In this document: positions 8,935 through 17,777 of the stretch, in pieces
How positions within the stretch are numbered: position 1 is the stretch's first letter
How the letters are laid out: each line of letters begins with the position of its first letter
Sequence record: SRR22947727_3407
Direction: 5' to 3' (one strand)
Length of the DNA: 48,466 bases
Made by a program: the position numbers and the translations under genes
Notes under the pieces: generated by a model
Database searches by the model: none
Told to the model about the DNA's origin: nothing
The model's input: only the letters and a program-made list of their open reading frames with translations

Positions 8935-8947
8935 AGGCTAAAGGCTA
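8934..8947. promoter_or_regulatory. Back-to-back leaderless -10 elements for the pabC-like and pabB-like genes
   Basis: Plus strand: TAGGCT (8934-8939), 7 nt, ATG 8947. Minus strand: TAGCCT (8947-8942), 7 nt, ATG 8934. Confidence 0.7.
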
Positions 8948-10269
8948 TGACGAAGGGCGTTTCGAGGCATCCTTTGCGCCACCGAGCAACGCCCCACGAA
9001 GTCTTTCGGGCCGTGTGTGGTGAGAGCGCTGATGCTCTGTGGCTCGATCATCACGGCGAGCGGGGAAGTGGGGTGTCTTTCATCGCGCAGGGAACGCCTG
9101 TGGAGCTCACCACCCACTGGCGAGCGGAGGTCCGCGCAGCCTGGCAGGAGCTGGCTCTTGGCGGCTCTGGAGATCTCGAGGGAATTCCCTTGGGGGTTCA
9201 CCTGGTGTTGCCCTACGAACTCGCTGGCGAGACTCTCGGCGTTCCAACACATGAGGAGGCCATTCCACGCGCCCTGGTTGTGACTCAGCTGATGGCAATC
9301 TCTCACGACACCGGTGAGGTTGTTGCCTATTCGCTGGGAGGCCATGATGATCTCACCGAGTGGGCCGACCGCATCGATCAGGCCCTCGAGGCGAGCGCTC
9401 CACTTCCCCTCCCAGCCCTCAGCGTTTCACATAGCGCCTCGTGGCGAGACTCTGAGGAGCGCTACCTCGAGATGATTCGCGGTGCCCAAGACTTCATCGC
9501 CCAAGGCGATGCTTACCAATTGTGTGTCACCACGTCACTGACCCTCCAGGGAGAAGTGGACCCAGTGGAGCTCCACCGAGTCATGCGTGACTCAAACCCC
9601 ACTCACCACCAAGCTCTCATCCGCTTCTCGGATGTGACAATCGTGTCTGCCTCGCCGGAGACCTTTGTGTCGCTATCCAAAGAGGGAGTGGTCAGCACCA
9701 GACCCATCAAGGGGACGAGGCCTCGCGGGAGTACCCCCACGGAGGATCAGGCCCTCGCCCAGGAGTTGCTGGAGAGTGACAAAGAACGGGCAGAGAACCT
9801 GATGATTGTGGATTTGATGCGCAATGACCTCTCACGCGTGTGTGAAACGGGCACTGTCCGGGTCCCAGAGCTCTTGGTTGTCGAAAGCTATGCGACCGTC
9901 CATCAGCTGGTCAGCACCATCACCGGCCAGGTCCGAGAAGGGCTGGACGTGGTGGATGTGCTCGAGGCGAGCTTCCCTGCCGGTTCGATGACGGGCGCAC
10001 CCAAGAAACGTGCAGTGGAAATTCTTCAGCAGTTAGAGGGCCACCCGAGGGGTCTTTACTCCGGAGCGTATGGGGTCTGGCGAGCAGATGGCAGCGCTGA
10101 ATTCGCGATGACGATTCGTACCGCGGTGGTGGGATCTGAGTCCTTGACAGTGGGCGTGGGGGGTGGAATAACAGCGCTCAGTGAACCATCAGAAGAAATT
10201 CGTGAGGTCGGCATCAAAGCAAAGGCCTTCCTCCGTGCGCTTGGCGCCGAGCAAGTTGGCTATTCTTGA
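8947..10269 (+). CDS. pabB: Chorismate-binding enzyme, probable aminodeoxychorismate synthase component I
   Basis: GDAYQ, SASPETF, TRPIKGTRPRG (PIKGT is typical of PabB), KERAENLMIVDLMRNDLSRVC, FPAGSMTGAPK, GVGGGIT. Confidence 0.82.
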   Translation: MTKGVSRHPLRHRATPHEVFRAVCGESADALWLDHHGERGSGVSFIAQGTPVELTTHWRAEVRAAWQELALGGSGDLEGIPLGVHLVLPYELAGETLGVPTHEEAIPRALVVTQLMAISHDTGEVVAYSLGGHDDLTEWADRIDQALEASAPLPLPALSVSHSASWRDSEERYLEMIRGAQDFIAQGDAYQLCVTTSLTLQGEVDPVELHRVMRDSNPTHHQALIRFSDVTIVSASPETFVSLSKEGVVSTRPIKGTRPRGSTPTEDQALAQELLESDKERAENLMIVDLMRNDLSRVCETGTVRVPELLVVESYATVHQLVSTITGQVREGLDVVDVLEASFPAGSMTGAPKKRAVEILQQLEGHPRGLYSGAYGVWRADGSAEFAMTIRTAVVGSESLTVGVGGGITALSEPSEEIREVGIKAKAFLRALGAEQVGYS

Positions 10270-10272
10270 CCG

Positions 10273-12834
10273 GTGATGACTTCGAGTGGTGCGCCTGAAT
10301 CTGACGGCGAGGGAGGCTATGACCCCCAGGCACTCGAAGCCAAATGGTCGGCCTACTGGGATGCGACCGAGCCCTTCACTGTTCCCCAGGATGGCGATGA
10401 CCGTCCCCGGAAGTATGTGTTGGACATGTTCCCCTACCCCTCGGGTGACCTCCACATGGGTCACGCCGAGGTCTATGCCTTAGGTGACGTTGTCGCCCGT
10501 TACTGGCGTTTGCAAGGTTTTCAGGTCCTCCACCCGATCGGCTGGGATTCCTTCGGCCTCCCCGCGGAGAACGCCGCCATCAAGCGTGGGGTAGACCCGA
10601 GGGAGTGGACCTACTCCAACATCGACCAGCAGAAAGCGTCGATGAAGCGCTACGCCGCGTCCTTCGACTGGTCCCGGGTGCTCCACACCTCAGACCCTGA
10701 GTACTACAAGTGGAACCAGTGGTTATTCCTGAAGATGTATGAAAAAGGCCTCGCCTACCGCAAGGATTCCTGGGTCAACTGGGACCCCGTGGATCAAACA
10801 GTGCTCGCGAACGAGCAAGTTCTGCCCGATGGGACGTCTGATCGCAGTGGTGCCATGGTGGTCAAGAAGAAGCTGACCCAGTGGTACTTCAAAATCACCG
10901 ACTATGCCGACCGGCTGCTGGATGACCTCAACCAGTTGGAAGGTCGCTGGCCCTCCAAAGTCTTGGCGATGCAGCGGAACTGGATCGGTCGCTCCGAAGG
11001 CGCTGAAGTGGATTTCGTCATTGAGGGCAGAGACACTCCCGTCACTATCTTCACGACGCGTCCCGACACCCTGTTTGGTGCGACCTTCATGGTGGTCGCC
11101 CCCGACTCTGATCTCGCTGCAGAGCTCGCAGAGGGCTCGAGTGCAGAGGTTCAGGCAGCTTTCGCCCAGTACCTGGAGGTCACCCAGAAAGCCACGGAGA
11201 TTGACCGCCAGGATGCATCCAGGGACAAGACCGGGGTATTTCTCGAGCGTTACGGAATCAATCCCGTCAATGGGGAGCGCTTGCCGATTTGGGCTGCGGA
11301 TTATGTGCTCGCGGATTACGGGACGGGTGCCATCATGGCCGTTCCCGCTCATGACCAGCGCGACCTGGACTTTGCGCTGAAATACGATCTTCCGGTTCGT
11401 GTGGTGCTCGACACCAACGCCCCGGTGACCGGAGCAATCCCGGTAGTGACCGAGGAGATGCTCGACTCGGGAGACATTCCGCCCGCGGATCCTGTGAAAA
11501 CGGGGGAGGCGCTGGCCGGGGACGGCCGAATGATCAACTCGGGACCGCTCGATGGTCTCAGTAAACAGAACGCGATCACCAGGATTGTGGAGCTTCTGGA
11601 GGAAGCCGGCACGGGGCGCCGGGCAAAAACGTATCGACTGCGCGATTGGTTGATTTCCCGCCAGCGTTATTGGGGAACCCCCATCCCGATCATGTACGAC
11701 GCCGACGGTCATGAGATTCCTGTCGCTTTGGACCAACTCCCTGTGACCTTGCCGCCGAGTGAGGGATTGGACCTGAAACCCAAGGGTTCCTCGCCGTTAG
11801 GCGCGGTGACGGACTGGGTCGAGGTGGAGCAGGATGGCAAGACCCTGCGTCGGGATGCTGACACCATGGACACCTTTGTCGATAGCTCCTGGTATTTCTT
11901 GCGATTCCTCTCCCCCCACGATGACAGCCAAGCTTTCGATGTTGCTCAGGCGGAGAAATGGGCACCCGTAGACCAGTACGTCGGCGGTGTGGAGCACGCC
12001 ATTTTGCACCTGCTGTATGCGCGGTTTATCACCAAGGTTCTCTTCGACTTGGGTTACGTGTCGTTCACGGAGCCCTTTACCTCCCTGCTCAATCAGGGAA
12101 TGGTCATCCTTGATGGCGCCAAGATGAGCAAGTCCAAAGGCAATCTCGTCTACTTCACGGAGGAACTCGATTCCTATGGTGTCGACGCCGTCCGCCTGAC
12201 GATGGCGTTTGCCGGGCCACCCGAGGACGACATCGACTGGCGTGATGTCTCACCCGTGGGATCGCAGAAGTTCTTGGCTCGTGCCTGGCGACTCTCGGGT
12301 GAGGTCTCCAGTGACCCTGGCGTGCACGTCAGTGGTGGCGATGTGACACTGCGACGTCATGTTCACCGGTTCCTGGCGGATGTTCCGGGTTTGATCGAAA
12401 GCTTCAAGTTCAATGTGGCGGTCGCTCGGACCATGGAATTGGTGAACCACACCAGGAAAACCATTGATCAAGGGCCCGGAGCAGCTGATCCTGCGGTCCG
12501 GGAATCTGCAGAAGCCATTGCCATTGCGTTGTCGATGTTCGCCCCCTACACCGCGGAAGACATGTGGGAGCGTTTGGGACATGAGCCTTCTGTGGCCCTC
12601 GTGCGCTGGCCGAAAGCCGACCACACTCTTCTGGTCGAGGAGTCCGTCACCGCGATCGTGCAAGTGAACGGCAAAGTCCGTGAGCGCCTCGAGGTACCTC
12701 CCGCTATCGGAGGAGATGAGCTCGAAAAGCTGGCTATGGAATCACCGGCGGTGGTGCGGGCGCTGGAGGGAAAGACTGTTGTGAACGTGGTGGTTCGGGC
12801 ACCGAAAGTGGTCTCCATCCAGGTCGCCGACTAG
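10273..12834 (+). CDS. leuS: Leucine--tRNA ligase
   Basis: [13 protein letters not shown] (HIGH), editing motif [44 protein letters not shown] -10 lies 6 nt before the GTG. Confidence 0.98.
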   Translation: MMTSSGAPESDGEGGYDPQALEAKWSAYWDATEPFTVPQDGDDRPRKYVLDMFPYPSGDLHMGHAEVYALGDVVARYWRLQGFQVLHPIGWDSFGLPAENAAIKRGVDPREWTYSNIDQQKASMKRYAASFDWSRVLHTSDPEYYKWNQWLFLKMYEKGLAYRKDSWVNWDPVDQTVLANEQVLPDGTSDRSGAMVVKKKLTQWYFKITDYADRLLDDLNQLEGRWPSKVLAMQRNWIGRSEGAEVDFVIEGRDTPVTIFTTRPDTLFGATFMVVAPDSDLAAELAEGSSAEVQAAFAQYLEVTQKATEIDRQDASRDKTGVFLERYGINPVNGERLPIWAADYVLADYGTGAIMAVPAHDQRDLDFALKYDLPVRVVLDTNAPVTGAIPVVTEEMLDSGDIPPADPVKTGEALAGDGRMINSGPLDGLSKQNAITRIVELLEEAGTGRRAKTYRLRDWLISRQRYWGTPIPIMYDADGHEIPVALDQLPVTLPPSEGLDLKPKGSSPLGAVTDWVEVEQDGKTLRRDADTMDTFVDSSWYFLRFLSPHDDSQAFDVAQAEKWAPVDQYVGGVEHAILHLLYARFITKVLFDLGYVSFTEPFTSLLNQGMVILDGAKMSKSKGNLVYFTEELDSYGVDAVRLTMAFAGPPEDDIDWRDVSPVGSQKFLARAWRLSGEVSSDPGVHVSGGDVTLRRHVHRFLADVPGLIESFKFNVAVARTMELVNHTRKTIDQGPGAADPAVRESAEAIAIALSMFAPYTAEDMWERLGHEPSVALVRWPKADHTLLVEESVTAIVQVNGKVRERLEVPPAIGGDELEKLAMESPAVVRALEGKTVVNVVVRAPKVVSIQVAD

Positions 12835-12918
12835 TCCACACAGTCCTGAGGGAGAGAATTCTCCCCATATCCGCTCTTCTCGCGGACGCCGCATCCCACC
12901 TCGCCATAGCGTCCACGG

Positions 12919-13593
12919 ATGGGCATAACGAAGACACTGTGGGAAATTCTTGACCATCAACGACAAGAACCCGCCATTCTTGACTCCCGGGATGCTGGAA
13001 CGAGCAATCATTTCGCCAAGGCTCGGCCTTTTCGCTGGAAGGTAGGGGTGCGCGCGGCTCTCGTGCTGGTGGCGGGTTTCCTCGTTGTGGTGGTGGGCGC
13101 TAACTTCATGCGCTCGCTCGCCCCGCCGCCAGAGGCTCTTCCTGTCGCGGAGAGTAGTGAGTCACCAAGCGCTGAGGTACTGGAGAACACCGTCATGGTC
13201 CACGTCGTGGGTGCTGTTGCTCTGCCAGGGGTGGTAACCGTGCCGGAAACTTCCAGGGTGCAGGATGCACTGGCGCTTGCAGGCGGGGCCCTGGAGGATG
13301 CTGATCTCCGCAGTGTCAACCTTGCCCGCACGGTCTTCGATGGTGAGCAAATAGTTGTCCCTCGAATGGGGGACCCACTCGACTCCTTCGGCGGCGGATC
13401 TGGACTCCTCAGTCTCTCCCAAGCCGACCAGGCATCTCTGGAAACCCTGCCCCGCATTGGCCCAGCGACTGCTGAGCGCATCATTGCCTGGAGAGAGGCG
13501 AACGGACCCTTTCGCAGTGTTGAGGATCTCCTGGCAATTTCTGGAATTGGACCTGCAACCTTAGAAGGCCTCGCGGACCTCGTAGTTCCGTGA
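12919..13593 (+). CDS. comEA: ComEA-family DNA-binding competence protein (SLBB + HhH)
   Basis: One TM helix, VHVVGAV..PGV, NLARTVFDGEQI, LPRIGPATAERI, ISGIGP. Confidence 0.92.
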   Translation: MGITKTLWEILDHQRQEPAILDSRDAGTSNHFAKARPFRWKVGVRAALVLVAGFLVVVVGANFMRSLAPPPEALPVAESSESPSAEVLENTVMVHVVGAVALPGVVTVPETSRVQDALALAGGALEDADLRSVNLARTVFDGEQIVVPRMGDPLDSFGGGSGLLSLSQADQASLETLPRIGPATAERIIAWREANGPFRSVEDLLAISGIGPATLEGLADLVVP

Positions 13594-15896
13594 GTGACCA
13601 TCACGCCGACCTAAAACCCAAGGATCTGCGCCTTCTTGTCCCCGGTCTCGTGGGGTGGGGCGTCGCAGCACTAGGGATCTGGCTCCGGCCTGGATGGGGT
13701 GGGGTGACAGCACTGGGGGTGGCAGCGCTCCTGTTTCTCATCGCAGCCCGAGGAAGGCGCAATCCGTCTCTCGCGCAAGTGGCCATGATGGCGGCCATTG
13801 CCGCCCTCATGCTGATGTCGGTGGCGCTGGGTGCGCAGTATCGCGAGCACCCGGTGCTCAGTGCGGCAGAGGGTTCTGAGGTGAGCGTGATGGTGTCCTT
13901 GAGGGAGACCTTTACCCCCGGCGCACAGTCACTGGGCGTCACTATTCATCAGGTTGATGATGATGCCATCCCGGGGGCGGGGATTGCGGCCGTCGTGGTG
14001 AGGCCTCAGCTGGAGGGGAGAACTCCCTATGGTTCAACTGCTCAATTTCGCGGATACCTCCAACAAGCTGACACCTGGGACAACGAAGGTTGGGCACTCC
14101 TCGTGCGTGGAGAGCCCGAGTGGGTCGAGCCGCCAGGCTGGTTTCTGTCGGGATCAGATTCTCTGCGCAGAGGGCTGTTGGAAAGATCCCAGGCGCTCGA
14201 AGGTGACGGCGGGCGGCTTCTTCCCGGTCTTGCCATCGGTGACACCAGCGCTGTCGACCGGGGACTTGTGCAAGCGATGCGGGACACGTCCCTCAGCCAT
14301 CTTGTGGCGGTGTCTGGAGCCAATTGCGCCATCGTGGTGGGCATTGTGGTCGGGATTATCTCGGTGTTTCGCGGTGGTGTGTGGGCACAGCTTGTCGGAG
14401 GAACTCTCGCACTCGCTGGTTTTGTGGTGTTGGTCACCCCTGAACCCAGCATTGTTCGGGCGTCCATTATGGCCGTCATCGTTTTGGTGTTCCTGGCTCT
14501 GAATAAGCCGCTCAAAGGAATACCGGTGCTCGGGATCACTGTCCTCATCATCCTCGGGGTGAACCCCTGGATGGCGCTGGATTTTGCCTTCGCTTTATCG
14601 GTGCTCGCCTCCGGCGGGATATTGCTTCTCGTGGGCCCGCTGAGTGACCTGTTGAGCGATATCGCGCCCCGCTGGCTGTCAGTCGTGCTGGCCATCCCCA
14701 TCGCCGCCCAGGTCGCCTGCCAACCCGTGCTCATTTTGTTGAACCCCGTGGTTCCGGTGTGGTCGGTAGTAGCTAACGCTCTGGCGGCGCCGGCGGCTCC
14801 TATCGCCACAATTCTCGGGATGTTAGTCAGCCTTCTCGGGCCATTCATCCCTCTAGCTGCTGATGCCCTCGCCTGGTTGGCATGGTGGCCCTCTGCCTTC
14901 GTGGCATTTGTCGGCAGGTTCTTTGCGTCGTTTGCTCTGGTGAGCATTCCCTTCGCACCGGGGATACCTGGCGCACTGCTTATGGCTGGTCTGGCGTATG
15001 GGGGAGTTGCCGTCCTTTTGCTGAAGCGCCCAGCCCATCGGCTCTGGCGTCGTCTTTCTGGAGTGCTCATGTCGGTGTCGTTAGCAATCGTTGTGCTCGG
15101 CTACCAGCTACCGGGGATTGTCGCCTCCGCGTCGGTTCCCAAGGACTGGGTGATTGCCCAGTGTGACGTGGGACAAGGAGATGCCCTGCTTATTCGGACC
15201 GATGAAAGGACCATTCTGATTGACACGGGGAAATACCCCGAGAAACTCAGTTCTTGCCTGAGGTTTCTGGGAGTGGACCATCTGGACCTCGCGATCATCA
15301 GCCATTTTGATGCTGATCATGTGGGTGCGTGGCCGGTCATTGCAGACCGAGTGGAGCAGGTGTGGATGGGCCCCATCCTCGAGCGCGAGCATGCAGATAT
15401 TGCGGGCGCGCTGGAGTCCGCTGGCGCAACAGTTCTCCAGGTCAGCGCGGGGACCAGCCTCGAGGTCGGGGACTATCGCCTCCGGGTGCTCTGGCCTCCG
15501 ACTCAGTCGTTCGTTGACCCCGGCAACGATTCCAGCGTCGTGATTGCCGTGGAGGGCGCTCCGGGGTGTGAATCCTGCCTTAGCGCAGTGTTCTTGGGCG
15601 ACCTGGGTGAAAAACCCCAGCGGATAGTGATGGGGCGCGAGGATTTCGCACCAGTCGATGTAGTCAAGGTGAGCCATCACGGCTCGAGAGACCAGTTCGA
15701 GGGTTTGTATCGCGTCTTGTCAGCTGAGATTGGTCTCATCGGGGTGGGGGAGGAGAACACCTACGGGCATCCCACGAGGGGGGCTCTCGAGATCCTCGAG
15801 GCCTCGGGGACCACACCGCTTCGGTCTGATGAGCGAGGAATTGTGACGGTGAGCTCCACGGCGACGGGGAAACTCACCATCTGGAGCGAAAGGTGA
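13590..15896 (+). CDS. comEC: ComEC/Rec2 DNA-uptake channel with C-terminal metallo-beta-lactamase domain
   Basis: SLSHLVAVSGAN, PSIVRA, DVGQGDA, ISHFDADHVG, NDSSVV, KVSHHGS, NTYGHP. Confidence 0.93.
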   Translation: MSDHHADLKPKDLRLLVPGLVGWGVAALGIWLRPGWGGVTALGVAALLFLIAARGRRNPSLAQVAMMAAIAALMLMSVALGAQYREHPVLSAAEGSEVSVMVSLRETFTPGAQSLGVTIHQVDDDAIPGAGIAAVVVRPQLEGRTPYGSTAQFRGYLQQADTWDNEGWALLVRGEPEWVEPPGWFLSGSDSLRRGLLERSQALEGDGGRLLPGLAIGDTSAVDRGLVQAMRDTSLSHLVAVSGANCAIVVGIVVGIISVFRGGVWAQLVGGTLALAGFVVLVTPEPSIVRASIMAVIVLVFLALNKPLKGIPVLGITVLIILGVNPWMALDFAFALSVLASGGILLLVGPLSDLLSDIAPRWLSVVLAIPIAAQVACQPVLILLNPVVPVWSVVANALAAPAAPIATILGMLVSLLGPFIPLAADALAWLAWWPSAFVAFVGRFFASFALVSIPFAPGIPGALLMAGLAYGGVAVLLLKRPAHRLWRRLSGVLMSVSLAIVVLGYQLPGIVASASVPKDWVIAQCDVGQGDALLIRTDERTILIDTGKYPEKLSSCLRFLGVDHLDLAIISHFDADHVGAWPVIADRVEQVWMGPILEREHADIAGALESAGATVLQVSAGTSLEVGDYRLRVLWPPTQSFVDPGNDSSVVIAVEGAPGCESCLSAVFLGDLGEKPQRIVMGREDFAPVDVVKVSHHGSRDQFEGLYRVLSAEIGLIGVGEENTYGHPTRGALEILEASGTTPLRSDERGIVTVSSTATGKLTIWSER

Positions 15897-15941
15897 TGGT
15901 GCTCTCAGTAGTCTGAGACATGAGAAAAGGGGAGGGTTGTC

Positions 15942-16955
15942 ATGGCAGGAGTTTCTGCGACCATCGTTCCCTGGCATGGTATCCGGGAAGCGCCAGTCAT
16001 CCTCCTCTCGGGTACAGAATCCTTTCTTGCTGACCGCGCACTGCGCATCCTGACCGATCGAATGAAGTCCGCTGATGCCGGGGTGGAGATTAACGATCTG
16101 GACGCAGCGGACTACCAGCAAGGCGACCTTCTCCAGCTGGCAAGCCCGAGTCTTTTTGGAGAGCCACGCTTACTCAGAGTTTCCGCTGTCGAGAAATGCA
16201 ACGACGCATTTCTGGAGGATGCACTTCTCTACCTCAGCACTCCCGAGCCCGATGTGGTCGTGCTGCTTCGCCACGGCGGAGGCAATCGCGGCAAGAAACT
16301 GTTAGACGCTATTAAGGGCGCGGGGTCTGCGCTAGTGGTGGAGTGCAAAGAAATCAAGAAGGACGCGGAGCGCGTCACGTTCGTGCAGCAAGAATTCCAG
16401 CGTCACGGAGTCTCCATCGAGCCCAAAGCTGTTCGGGCGCTGGTTGATGCGTTCAGCACCGATCTGGCCGAATTGGCGTCGGCCTGCACCCAGCTCATCA
16501 CCGATGTGGGGAGTGCGGGGATTACCGCCGCCATCGTGAATCGTTACTACGGGGGGCGGGTGGAGGCCACCACGTTCCAGATAGCAGATCAGGCGATCTC
16601 CGGGCATTTTTCTGAGGCTCTGTCTCTACTTCGTCACGCCATGAACTCCGGCGTCGAGCCGGTCATGGTCGTGGCGGCTTTTGCGATGAAACTTCGCACC
16701 ATGGCACTCGTCGGAGGGGCGAGCGGGAGTATCGATGCAGTCGCAGGTGAGTTGGGAATGGCCCCGTGGCAGGTACGAAATGCCCGCTCCAGTCTCCAAG
16801 GATGGGATCAAGCGGGACTCGGGTCCGCCATCCTCGAGGTTGCCCACACTGATGGTGCGGTGAAGGGCTCCGGCCCCTCGCCTGACTACGCTCTCGAGAG
16901 AATGGTGCGAGTCGTGGCGATGCGGGGCGCCACGATGAATCTCCGCTCTAGCTGA
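15942..16955 (+). CDS. holA: DNA polymerase III subunit delta
   Basis: SPSLFGEPR, RHGGGNRGKKLLD, LGMAPWQV, D.AVKG. Conserved comEC-holA-rpsT context. Confidence 0.92.
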   Translation: MAGVSATIVPWHGIREAPVILLSGTESFLADRALRILTDRMKSADAGVEINDLDAADYQQGDLLQLASPSLFGEPRLLRVSAVEKCNDAFLEDALLYLSTPEPDVVVLLRHGGGNRGKKLLDAIKGAGSALVVECKEIKKDAERVTFVQQEFQRHGVSIEPKAVRALVDAFSTDLAELASACTQLITDVGSAGITAAIVNRYYGGRVEATTFQIADQAISGHFSEALSLLRHAMNSGVEPVMVVAAFAMKLRTMALVGGASGSIDAVAGELGMAPWQVRNARSSLQGWDQAGLGSAILEVAHTDGAVKGSGPSPDYALERMVRVVAMRGATMNLRSS

Positions 16956-17265
16956 GAGTCAAACCTGGCATTTTCCCGTCCCCATAGGTGGCGCTCACCT
17001 CGGAGATGATGACCTGGTATCCCTCGTACCATTTCGCGTATTCCTTTTTCGCTCGGACATGCTCGGGAAAGCGCGCGAAGGTGTTGACCGTTTCTCGATC
17101 GGTAAAGAAATACACTACATTTTTGGCGGTCTTATCGTCTGACCACCACCTGTCGACCCCCACGAATCCCTCCAGGGACTTTGCGTAGTCATCGATGACT
17201 GCGTCGAGTGCAAAAAACTCGTCGTCAAGGTTTCCAGGGATGAACATGAAAGAGCAGGCGAACAC
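16948..17265 (-). CDS. Antibiotic biosynthesis monooxygenase (ABM)/DUF4188-like dimeric alpha-beta barrel protein
   Basis: 105 aa with GFVG..W, VYFF, H..AK...KWY..YQV pattern. Leaderless promoter TGC-CAGACT-N6-GTG. Confidence 0.7.
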   Translation of the reverse strand: MFACSFMFIPGNLDDEFFALDAVIDDYAKSLEGFVGVDRWWSDDKTAKNVVYFFTDRETVNTFARFPEHVRAKKEYAKWYEGYQVIISEVSATYGDGKMPGLTLS

Positions 17266-17289
17266 AGTGCAAGTCTGGCAGTTGCCCGG

Positions 17290-17328
17290 AAAAAAGTGAG
17301 GGCCCCGTCGTCACGACGGGGCCCTCAC
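17290..17328 (-). terminator. rpsT intrinsic terminator
   Basis: Perfect 15-bp stem GTGAGGGCCCCGTCG/CGACGGGGCCCTCAC, followed on the minus strand by a T6 run. Confidence 0.9.
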
Positions 17329-17338
17329 CACTGAAGCT

Positions 17339-17599
17339 TTAGAGTGCAGCTGCCTGCTTGGCGATTGCTGACTTACGGTTGGCTGCCTGGTTCTTGTGCA
17401 GAACACCCTTGCTGGCGGCCTTGTCGAGCTTCTTCGAGGCAAGCTTGACGGCTGCTGCTGCCTTGTCCTTGTCACCAGACTTGATGGCTTCACGAGCCTG
17501 ACGCACGGTGGTCTTGAGCTCGCTCTTGACGGCACGGTTGCGCTCGGTTGCCTTCTGGTTGGTCTTGATGCGCTTAATCTGCGACTTGATATTTGCCAC
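17339..17599 (-). CDS. rpsT: 30S ribosomal protein S20
   Basis: [13 protein letters not shown]...[20 protein letters not shown]. Start GTG at 17599 with AAAGGA SD. Confidence 0.97.
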   Translation of the reverse strand: MANIKSQIKRIKTNQKATERNRAVKSELKTTVRQAREAIKSGDKDKAAAAVKLASKKLDKAASKGVLHKNQAANRKSAIAKQAAAL

Positions 17600-17729
17600 G
17601 CTGTGTCCTTTATGGTGTGTTGTCAGGCCCAGGGACATCCTGGTGGGGCCTTGCGGCGAAAGTCAGGATGCGTTCCTAGCTTCAGATGAGAGGGCCTGAG
17701 GCTAAGCGAGCCAATCGGCAACGATACCA
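17600..17729 (-). promoter_or_regulatory. rpsT promoter (TGG-TATCGT extended -10) and structured 5' leader of about 115 nt
   Basis: -10 at 17726-17721. Nested stems TCAGGCCC/GGGCCTGA and CATCCTG/CAGGATG with a GCC-GCAA-GGC cap. Confidence 0.55.
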
Positions 17730-17777
17730 GGTGAAAGCGCCCGTCGCCAACGGTTTCGCATGGGACAATCATCTGAC

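Noticed and set aside
15903..15941. Hairpin TCTCAG-TAGT-CTGAGA and an out-of-frame ATG at 15920 before holA
   Set aside because: Weak 6-bp stem with no U-tail. The uORF has no informative content. Most simply a holA promoter (TAGTCT) plus SD.
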